In this document: piece by piece, positions 37,301 to 44,722 of the stretch | How the letters are laid out: the number at the start of each line of letters is the position of its first letter | Numbering within the stretch: position 1 is the first letter of the stretch | DNA from: a virus | Direction: 5' to 3' (one strand) | DNA length: 64,000 nt | Virus record (IMG/VR): IMGVR_UViG_3300045988_122072 | Coordinates: 99,338 to 163,337 of that record | Notes under the pieces: generated by a model | What the model saw: only the letters and a program-made list of their open reading frames with translations | Database searches by the model: none | Told to the model about the DNA's origin: nothing | Translations under genes and position numbers: made by a program

Positions 37301-40300
37301 TCCTGTTGCTACAAGCTCAGAAGATGTAGATTCAATCTCGCTTTCTAGATTTGAAATAGCTCCAGTATCTCCAACATAATGGAGTAATTTAGCCGTTTTA
37401 TCTGCATCCTGACCAATACCTTCAAGAAGATTCTTAACGACAACTCCATCAACTTCCAATCCTTTGGTATCAAGTTGGAATAGTTCATCACTTGTCCATT
37501 TCCCATCATTTTGCTTCGCTTCGTCAATAAGTCCCCAGATATACTTATCTACAGTATTGGAGTCAAGCAATTGTGGGCCATTTTCTGTCTGTAAAATCGG
37601 AGTAAACGATATGTCTTCTCCATCAAATTCACCAACAGAACTTAATAAAGTGGAATATGTGCCAACCAAATCATCGGCTTTCATGCCCCAACTATCTATT
37701 GCGTCGCCATACTTATCAAGTGACTCTTCGTCCCAATATAGTTCCTGACGATCATTAGTATCTACATTCCCATATTTTGTTTGAGATAAATCTGTGCCAA
37801 TGTCATCTGCAAGAGATTTAGCATTAAGTACATCTGTTACATATTGATTAATAAGATTGTCAAGTTCTCTCATTCCGTCAGAAGTGTCATCAATGGCAGA
37901 CGCTACCTCTTTGCCAGTATAAGAACCGTTGCCCTGCAAATCTTTTACAACGCCAGCAAGGCCAACTGAACTAAAGCCAGATGATTCAACGGCTTTGTCT
38001 CCGCCGAGACTAAACATTTCCATAATAGTATTAAGATAACCATCTTTATATTTGGAAAGTTCGCCCTCAAATCCAGTCCAATCTTTTTCATCATACTCTC
38101 CAGGAACAGCACGAATAACCAAGTTATACTTATCAGAATCAAGAAGATCCTGCGTTGATCCATTCGTGACAAGACCATCTATATAGTCGGCAAGTGCATC
38201 AGATGTTAAAACATCTCCATTCTCAAGAACAGGAGTAATATCAATAGTATACTTATTCTTATCCCCAATTGTTACAGTCTCTGCGGAAGTACTTGCATAG
38301 ATTTCTCCGTCAGAGCCGATGAATGAATTGTATCCTCCACCCATAGCAAGATCATGTTCATACGATGGAGATAAATGTGGACGTTTACGAAGGTCTACAT
38401 TACCGTTTACCAATTTTTCATATTGCGCGCACATTTCTTCAGCATATTTAGCAAGCTTATTAAGTTTTAGCTTATCAAATATGTTGCTGATAACATTTGT
38501 CCCGCTTGCATATGCTTTGCCTCTACTATTAATATAACCATTTTTAAGCAGAGATTTTGTTTGCTTATGGTTAAATATAATATCGCCTTTTTTGACATCA
38601 GCAAACTCTGCGCCATTTTCTCCAAGCATATCCCAACGATTTCCACGCACACGAAGTTCTGGGCCTAATTCACCAACTAAAGATGTATCAGCTGATTCTG
38701 CACCCCAATTGCCAGAAGCGTGAGCCGTACCATTAGCCATTGTAGAATTTAATTCATAACGGCTACGACGTCCACTATGCTTCGTCGCTGTCTGATTTTC
38801 ATTTACCTCACGATATGTAGTAGTTACAGTAACACCAGTAGGAACTCTGTCAATTGCGTCAATCAAATTATTAATTGATTTTACGGCAGCAGTGCTATCA
38901 ACACTTGGGTCTGGGAGTGCCTCAATAGCCTTCTTCGCTGCTTCTGCGGCAGTTTTTACTTCTTCAATTTGTGCCTTTGCCTCTTCTTTATTTTCAACAA
39001 GAAGGTTAATAACTCCTTTGTCATTCAATAAATCCACGTACTGTTGTAGCTTCTGACGCTCATCATCAGTGATCTCTACATCTGGCTTGATTTTATATCT
39101 ACCATCTTCTCCAAGCTCTACAAGCTTACTATCATCTATATTAGCTATATTCGCTTTGACTGCCAGCTCGTTATTATTTGCTTTCCACACAGCCATTTGA
39201 GAGTCTATGTCATCTAACGCAAGCTGAATTGATACCTCTGTGGGTTCTTCTAGATTGTACTTTTTCTTTAATGCCTCTCCAAGTTGTTCAGTTAATTCTT
39301 TAACTTTTTTAGTTTGTGCATTTATTTCTTCTTGAGTATATCCACTATTAGGTTGATTCATTTCATTCAGCTTTTTCGTAGCTTGTTCAACTTCATCTTT
39401 TAAATTTGTGACTTCCTTCGTGACATTTTGATACTCTACAGCATTCTTTCTTGCATCTTCTGCGCAACCTTGTAGCTTACTATTAGCTTCCTGATATTTT
39501 TGTGCCCATTCTTCAACGCCAATTTCATTATTTGCTAAAGCGACATCCAGCTCCGCCAAATTTTTAGTCGCCATAAAAATATTGCCTTCAAGACCTAAGT
39601 CAAGCTGGTCGAAAACGGAACCAAAGTCTCCATTTAACCATTCTGCATCATAAGAATCAATTTCTGTAAACATTGCAAAAGCCATTTCTTTTGTAATTTT
39701 CATCTTATCACAGAAATCATCTAATGTTTTAATATCACTTGAAAGCTCAAAATGTTGCCAATCACCTTTATTTGTAAATACCCCTTTTTCTTGAGCGCTT
39801 TCAATGAACGCCTGAACATTATCTAAGGTCATCTCTGCGCTTTCAAGGGTGCCATCATCACTAAATTTCAATGTAAAATATTTACTGAAATCCGAATTCT
39901 TTAAATAATTGGCAATAGCAGCGACTTTTTCTTCTACCGTATCAAAACCAGCATAAACATCTTCTGGAATCATACCTGCCACAGCAGCCTTAAAAGATTC
40001 TGTTCCAAGTTTTGCTGATTGCAATCCTTCAATAAGTCCAGAAATCATATCTTCTGCTTTGCTGCCATAATCCTTTGCTTCATCGGCAGATTTTGCGTCT
40101 TCATATTTTTGATATGCATCCGCAGCTCCAAGCAACTTCTGTTCAAGAAGGCTATACTTTGCGATTGTTCTTTCTACTGCTCCCATTTCTTTATAAAGAG
40201 CATTAATTTCTTTTGCGTTAGCTTGCGCGAGTTCGCCATTTGCTCCAGTTAATTGCTTAATTTTCTTATACAGCTCATAATACTTTAATCTAGCTTGAGA

Positions 40301-42892
40301 CCTTTCAGTTCTTGCATTTTGAGCAGCTTCTTGTCTCTTCTTTGTAATCAGCTTGTTAAGCAGTGACGCATTTTTAACCACGTATCCATTTGTTGTGTCA
40401 ATTGCATCTGCATATTCTTTTTCATCACCAATGAGTGTTTTTAATGCTTCGCCCTGTTCGTCAGTAAGTTTTATTTTATCATAAACTACTTCGTTTTGAA
40501 CAGATTGTGCACTAGTAACTTTATCAATTTCATCAGCATAATTAGAAAAAGTACTACCAACTGGATCGACTTTATTAAGCTCAGCGTGTGCGGCGGCAGA
40601 ACCTAAAGAATTAATTTGATCCACAGCATCTTGTGTACTAAGCCCAATTTTATTTAACTCATTCCTAAATTCGCTATAATCTGAACCATTTAACGAATCT
40701 GCTGTAAGTTCTCCAGTCTCCGCCAAAGAATATAATTTCTTTTTAACCTCTGGATACTTTTCTAATAGAGCATCAAATTGTTCGGTATAATATTCACCTG
40801 GGTTAATTGTTTTATCTATATCAAGTGCCATTTGCTTAAGCTTATTTGCGAAATCATCATCGACATTTTCGCCATAATTATCTAGATAATCATATAGCTC
40901 TGTTCCATATGTAGATAATGTTTCTTTAAGATTTTGCATTGATGATTCAATTGACTTCTTTTTAGAATCTAGGGCAGACTTTTCGTCCTCACTCATTGCA
41001 CTAGTATCTGTATTAATAAGCTCATTCCATTCTTGCCTTAACTCATTATATTTTTCAATGCCCTTTTGAATATAGCCTTCTTTGTCTATACTACCATCAG
41101 AAATATATTTTAAATCTCCATTCAGTTCATCAGATATTTGTGCCTCAACTCTTAGTAACTCTGCTACTGCCTCATCGCTTAATTCTCCCCATTGCGATAC
41201 ATCGGCAAGCATATTATACAACTTTTCAGAATACGGTTTAATTGCATTTCTTAAATTATCATTAATGATTTGATTATTTTTTGCATTTTCTATTTCAGCC
41301 TTGGCAATTGTGGCATTACCATACCTTTCGTCATCTTTATTGGTTTTAACTTCTTCTATGCTTAAGTTTTTAACATTAAAATCTTTTTTATAATCTTCTT
41401 TTGTTTCTTTCTGTAGTTCTTTTTGCTTAGAATCTTTGCTTTCGTTTAACAGTCTTAATCTTCTTTCCAATTCCTCATTGGTTTGTTTTAAAGTTTCTAA
41501 TTCTTCTTTTTCTACAAAAGATAGGTTATGTTTTCCTTCTAGCTCTTCAATTCTATTTTTAGTAGTCTCAAGTTCAGAATTTAGGCTTTCAATTTCATTA
41601 TTTAGATCTTGAATTTCATTCTTTAATTTCTCTGATGCTGGAGTCATATTAGCTATCCAAGTAACCAACGATATAACTAAAGTAATAGCCATCAAAATCC
41701 ATCCAACCGGATTAGACGCCATTAAAGATTTCAGTGCTGCCGCAACGCCATGAATAGACGTAGAAAGTCCTTGATTCGCAGCGGTCAAACCAAATGCAGA
41801 TATAATTTCTGCGCCCTGAGCGGCAGTTAATGTCCCCGTTGCTACCGCTTCTTGAACTTTTGCTAATGTCAGTTCTGTTTCTCCCTGAGTTAAAAGCCAG
41901 TTGGTTGATTCAGCAGAAAGCTTTACTGCTCCCTCAGCAGCCATTGCTGCAGCATTTGCAGCAGTAACCGTAGTTTGTTCAGTTTTTGCAGTCGTTACTT
42001 GGGCCTCTGATACTGCCTGTTGTATATTCGCTTTATCTACTCCGTTTTTGGCCATTGCTTCTTCTATTTGTGCCTTTGTTAAACCAGCAGAAGCAAGAGC
42101 TGCCGCCTGTTGCTTCGCGGTTAAATCACTAACTGCGGCAGCATACGCACTAAGATTTTGCACATTAAATTCGGCAGCAGATATTTTACCAGCTTCTCCA
42201 AGTCCATTTAATGATTGAATTGCCTTAATTTTCTCCAATGCCTGTCCATAATTAGATACATTGGCGGAAATTTCTTTAAACATAGTAACTGGGTTTATCT
42301 TTTTAGAGATTAATAAATATGAAACTACTCCTGCTAATACTGATTTAAATAACCCAAATGAGTCTACAGCTTTTACAACTGCGGTTCCTAAATTAACGAA
42401 AAATTTAATCCAGCTACTGTCGAGCGCATCAGACCACATTGTCTGAACTGCATTTTTAAATAGGGTGATTCTTCCCTGAATGCTGTTAAGTTGTTTTTCA
42501 TTTTCAGCCATTGCAGAACCTTCTGCATCTAATGCGTCTTGATATGCACCTTCAAGGTCTTCAATATTGGTAAGCATTGCAGCCATAGCATTTGAACGGT
42601 TTTTACCAGCGAGCATTTCAAGTAATGCCGCCTGATCAATGTCGCTCATATCTTTCCAGACAGTCGCAATTTCTTTTATAATATCATATGTTGCCTTATA
42701 GTCGCCGGTTTCAGTTAAAATATCTACACCAGTTAAAGCTTTAACTTTAGATTGAAGCTTGCTGACACTCTCTACTACATTATCAGTTTCTTCGCCTAGT
42801 GATTCCAATTCCTCTACACTTGTACCTCTAATACGTAGTGAGATGGTACGGAGGGCACTTCCTACGCTTGATGGATCCTGTAATACTTTATT
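34358..42892 (-). CDS. Tape measure protein, exon 2 (2,844 codons)
   Basis: The in-frame extension upstream of track ORF (34358..42808) reads NKVLQDPSSVGSALRTISLRIRGTSVEELESLGEE.., the second half of the TP901-type TMP core. TM segments (WILMAITLVISLVTWI) are followed by about 2,000 aa of helical sequence. There are two copies of the 'GTAHASGNWG...LVGELG.E....FNHKQT....NG.INSRGKAY' end module and a C-terminal SH3-like segment. Confidence 0.8.
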   Translation of the reverse strand, partial: NKVLQDPSSVGSALRTISLRIRGTSVEELESLGEETDNVVESVSKLQSKVKALTGVDILTETGDYKATYDIIKEIATVWKDMSDIDQAALLEMLAGKNRSNAMAAMLTNIEDLEGAYQDALDAEGSAMAENEKQLNSIQGRITLFKNAVQTMWSDALDSSWIKFFVNLGTAVVKAVDSFGLFKSVLAGVVSYLLISKKINPVTMFKEISANVSNYGQALEKIKAIQSLNGLGEAGKISAAEFNVQNLSAYAAAVSDLTAKQQAAALASAGLTKAQIEEAMAKNGVDKANIQQAVSEAQVTTAKTEQTTVTAANAAAMAAEGAVKLSAESTNWLLTQGETELTLAKVQEAVATGTLTAAQGAEIISAFGLTAANQGLSTSIHGVAAALKSLMASNPVGWILMAITLVISLVTWIANMTPASEKLKNEIQDLNNEIESLNSELETTKNRIEELEGKHNLSFVEKEELETLKQTNEELERRLRLLNESKDSKQKELQKETKEDYKKDFNVKNLSIEEVKTNKDDERYGNATIAKAEIENAKNNQIINDNLRNAIKPYSEKLYNMLADVSQWGELSDEAVAELLRVEAQISDELNGDLKYISDGSIDKEGYIQKGIEKYNELRQEWNELINTDTSAMSEDEKSALDSKKKSIESSMQNLKETLSTYGTELYDYLDNYGENVDDDFANKLKQMALDIDKTINPGEYYTEQFDALLEKYPEVKKKLYSLAETGELTADSLNGSDYSEFRNELNKIGLSTQDAVDQINSLGSAAAHAELNKVDPVGSTFSNYADEIDKVTSAQSVQNEVVYDKIKLTDEQGEALKTLIGDEKEYADAIDTTNGYVVKNASLLNKLITKKRQEAAQNARTERSQARLKYYELYKKIKQLTGANGELAQANAKEINALYKEMGAVERTIAKYSLLEQKLLGAADAYQKYEDAKSADEAKDYGSKAEDMISGLIEGLQSAKLGTESFKAAVAGMIPEDVYAGFDTVEEKVAAIANYLKNSDFSKYFTLKFSDDGTLESAEMTLDNVQAFIESAQEKGVFTNKGDWQHFELSSDIKTLDDFCDKMKITKEMAFAMFTEIDSYDAEWLNGDFGSVFDQLDLGLEGNIFMATKNLAELDVALANNEIGVEEWAQKYQEANSKLQGCAEDARKNAVEYQNVTKEVTNLKDEVEQATKKLNEMNQPNSGYTQEEINAQTKKVKELTEQLGEALKKKYNLEEPTEVSIQLALDDIDSQMAVWKANNNELAVKANIANIDDSKLVELGEDGRYKIKPDVEITDDERQKLQQYVDLLNDKGVINLLVENKEEAKAQIEEVKTAAEAAKKAIEALPDPSVDSTAAVKSINNLIDAIDRVPTGVTVTTTYREVNENQTATKHSGRRSRYELNSTMANGTAHASGNWGAESADTSLVGELGPELRVRGNRWDMLGENGAEFADVKKGDIIFNHKQTKSLLKNGYINSRGKAYASGTNVISNIFDKLKLNKLAKYAEEMCAQYEKLVNGNVDLRKRPHLSPSYEHDLAMGGGYNSFIGSDGEIYASTSAETVTIGDKNKYTIDITPVLENGDVLTSDALADYIDGLVTNGSTQDLLDSDKYNLVIRAVPGEYDEKDWTGFEGELSKYKDGYLNTIMEMFSLGGDKAVESSGFSSVGLAGVVKDLQGNGSYTGKEVASAIDDTSDGMRELDNLINQYVTDVLNAKSLADDIGTDLSQTKYGNVDTNDRQELYWDEESLDKYGDAIDSWGMKADDLVGTYSTLLSSVGEFDGEDISFTPILQTENGPQLLDSNTVDKYIWGLIDEAKQNDGKWTSDELFQLDTKGLEVDGVVVKNLLEGIGQDADKTAKLLHYVGDTGAISNLESEIESTSSELVATGENVSAVQAKLDKLNATSISDKTFTITTAYQTIGKGTEQTVHTPGASGRLTIYADGTAHASGNWGLPQAEDDALVGELGMETVVDPKTGKYYTVGDNGAEFVDLPKNAIIFNHKQTEELFKNGHINSRGKAYSEGNAHVTIVPDYTTPTYYSGAKNDNFWTDLNDAADSLSDAGDDLSDAANDFEEMFDWFAVLLEEIDDDLNYMSAALENAVGISAKNDIQDQMINVNKYKLTELGEGYKLYADYAAQLLEKIPQQYQELAKNGGVALTEFLGEANQEVVEAINNYREWAQKASDVRTQQQQVKKEITSLSLQKVQTIADEYDRVITKITTLNDLLQANVDLIDEQGERTSAVMYEEMIKNSIKELDELQKKRNDMQKEFDAQVSAGNIDVGSEEWYEGVAAIQDVDKAIIDCRKEIEGFQNSINQLHWDNFDGLIKAIDNVGNEISNLGDLIDDEDIADEMGNWTNEGITKMGLLAQEMERAQYRAKQYAEQIEYLNQEYAAGKYSTDEYNEKLQELKDGQWDSIKSYEAAKDALIALNKTRVDAAKNAMQEEIDAYNELINKKKEELQLSKDAHDFSKQVEEQQKNIANIQKQLAAIAGDNSASAIARRKKLEAELAAAQEELDELYYSHSIEKQQDALDDQAENYQDEKEKEMEALDEYLKNVEQVIADSFATITGNTEVVAGTLKEIADEYGINLSEAITNPWEQGVIAIGTYQDQLNTSTSAFTAQLEAIKKQLLDLQAAADETARHLIDATNQNANKTSSATYTTPTPSTPQQPSAPQKPAAPANGSSVTVKKSATHFTRDGGNGTRMQSWVPGSTFTVYQVSGSEVLIGRNGQYTGWIKLSDIEGYAKGIKKVPNDQFAITDELGLEELVLHADTNGRLQYLSKGSSVIPSDITDNLMKLGTLDPKDILDRNKPKIGAPYIINNSIELNMSFGNMINIEHADRDSIPDIKDAVKAQLDSYMKGVNNSLKRFTR

Positions 42893-42934
42893 CTTTTATA
42901 TTTAATACGTTTCGCAACAACGTATTGCATGTTA

Positions 42935-44080
42935 TTATTGATAATATTTATTTAAAAATTCATTCCATTGTTCCTCAGTGTTGTCACCATAACCATAAAT
43001 ATTATGAAATTGCTTATGAATATTTTCTGATATACATATATAACTATGATATTTTTCTTGCAAATCAAAAAATGTTTGGAATAATTCGTCTATTTGTTCT
43101 CCCGAATATTCTTTTACATCACTATATATTGGAAAGTTTATCTTATCAATTGCTTCGTCCAATATTAAATTAAACCCTCTTATATGATGAACAACTATAT
43201 GGGAGCGGCATCCAGTTATTTTACATGTATAATTATTTGCTTCTTTTATTTTATTTTTCCAAGGAATAAGCTTTTTTCTAATATATTCCGCAATAGTATC
43301 ATATCCCCTTTTATCTATTGGCCTATATAGTTTTAAGCTCCATAAATGTTGTGCAATTGCTTTTACTCCCCTATTAAGATACGATGCCAATTCTTCATTT
43401 GTATATTTTAAATAATTTTCTTTTAAATACAAATTCTCTTCTTCTGTATATGTTCGATTGGAATAATAAAAACTTTTTAAATTCAATTTTCTAGCTTGTC
43501 CTAATATCGACGATTTTGTACGTTTTGGGAGCATTGCCATTACCTCATCAAACGATATATTTGAATAATTCTCTTTTAAAATATCTATTTCATCATTTGA
43601 CCATTCTCTGTTAGATGTTAAATTTAATTCTACTGCCTTCCTGCTTATTTCTTTAACGGATCTATTGTTATTAAGCAAAGTACGAATATTTTTATATGGA
43701 ATTTTCCCATAATTGTTCATTAGTATATTTATTTCATTATCATTCCACGAAATAGCATTATAACGACATTCTTTAGAACAATAATGATGTGTATTCTTAT
43801 CAACTTCAGATATTTTTCTAAAGAATTGTCTTCCACAAAATTCGCATTTGCATTCTTCCTTCTTTTCTGTAGATTTTGTTCTACATTCAACACTACAAAA
43901 AATTTGTCCAGAATAAGCTGGCCTAAATCTTTCTCCACAAATCTCACAATTTCTATATTTTAGTTTTCCGTTATTTCTTTTAAATTCATTCATACAGTTT
44001 CTACTACAATACTTAGTATTTTCAAAATAATCTGAAAATTCTTTTTTGCAATTATTACATATATGATTATATTTTCCCAT
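42935..44080 (-). CDS. Intron-encoded HNH homing endonuclease with N-terminal zinc fingers and SANT/Myb-like repeats
   Basis: 381 aa. Three CxxC...CxxxC units (CNNCKKEF..CSRNC, CEICGERF..CSVEC, CEFCGRQF..CSKEC). Three 'W(S/N)(N/D)xEIxIL.xNY'-type repeats. C-terminal HNH 'CKITGCRSHIVVHHIRGFN...NIHKQFH'. Confidence 0.8.
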   Translation of the reverse strand: MGKYNHICNNCKKEFSDYFENTKYCSRNCMNEFKRNNGKLKYRNCEICGERFRPAYSGQIFCSVECRTKSTEKKEECKCEFCGRQFFRKISEVDKNTHHYCSKECRYNAISWNDNEINILMNNYGKIPYKNIRTLLNNNRSVKEISRKAVELNLTSNREWSNDEIDILKENYSNISFDEVMAMLPKRTKSSILGQARKLNLKSFYYSNRTYTEEENLYLKENYLKYTNEELASYLNRGVKAIAQHLWSLKLYRPIDKRGYDTIAEYIRKKLIPWKNKIKEANNYTCKITGCRSHIVVHHIRGFNLILDEAIDKINFPIYSDVKEYSGEQIDELFQTFFDLQEKYHSYICISENIHKQFHNIYGYGDNTEEQWNEFLNKYYQ

Positions 44081-44113
44081 AATTTTATCTCCCGTATATT
44101 ATCAAAATAAATT

Positions 44114-44287
44114 TCATTTTCTACTATAAAAAATAGCCAATGCATTAAAAAGATCTGACGATTTTGTATATTTATATGTAGTTACACCATTTATAATTTT
44201 AACAAAGGATGGTTTTATACCAATTGTTAATAAATAATCTCTCTCTGGTGTATATTGCGTAGAATATTCTTTATCAAATTTTTTCAT
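44114..44287 (-). CDS. Small intron-borne hypothetical protein (57 aa)
   Basis: GAGAGGGA lies upstream of ATG 44287, an internal Met of track ORF 44114..44311. It is the first ORF after the intron-internal promoter/leader. No family could be assigned with confidence. Confidence 0.4.
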   Translation of the reverse strand: MKKFDKEYSTQYTPERDYLLTIGIKPSFVKIINGVTTYKYTKSSDLFNALAIFYSRK

Positions 44288-44525
44288 ATTTCCCTCTCTA
44301 AATAATAACATGCCAATATATTTCTATATTGAATAGACCATATCTTCATCCTCAGCATTACCTGTTAGGAGCACACCATTTCGTTTAAAGGTATTTAACC
44401 AACGCCATTTGCGATTGCGTCCTACTCCTATTGATTTGAGTATTCGGGATTTTACCCTTATTTTATAATCAATTAGATATTCTCAAATCCCTTCATGGGG
44501 ATGGCCGTTGAACCTTTTGCTTGAT

Positions 44526-44571
44526 TTTAATTTTGTATTGTATATTATATCACAAAATTTAAATTTGTCAA
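44526..44571 (-). promoter_or_regulatory. Intron-internal sigma70-like promoter (extended -10) plus leader box
   Basis: On the minus strand: TTGACA (44571-44566), 16-nt spacer, TGaTATAAT (TATAAT 44549-44544), then ACAATACAAAATTAAA (44541-44526). Confidence 0.65.
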
Positions 44572-44722
44572 GCAACTTGGATGCTGATTGCCCAATCTTT
44601 ATAATTTTTAAACATTCACACCTGTTATTACTAACTATGTTGTAGTTTATAAAGCTCTAAGGGTTTCCCAGCAATTAAATGTGTTCAAATCATATATTTC
44701 TATATGAACAGCCATAAAATAT

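Larger units (their letters stand above)
42893..44722 (-). ncRNA. Group I-like intron (about 1,830 nt) interrupting the tape measure gene; carries an HNH endonuclease, a small ORF and an internal promoter
   Basis: The 5' exon ends in U (44723) and the intron ends in G (42893). P1 can form between exon GCAGCU (44728-44723) and intron GGCUGU (44713-44708), with U.G at the splice site. A P10 candidate pairs intron UUUAU (44718-44714) with exon-2 AUAAA. Removal joins ..SVALVAAA|NKVLQDPSSVG.. in frame and restores the TMP core. A GC-richer, pairing-rich segment spans about 44312-44525. Confidence 0.65.

Noticed and set aside
42838-43173. The plus-strand 111-aa ORF overlapping the 3' end of the intron HNH gene.
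   Set aside because: It is antisense to a well-supported HNH endonuclease ORF. It is rich in Ile, Tyr and Asn as expected for an AT-rich shadow frame, and has no RBS.
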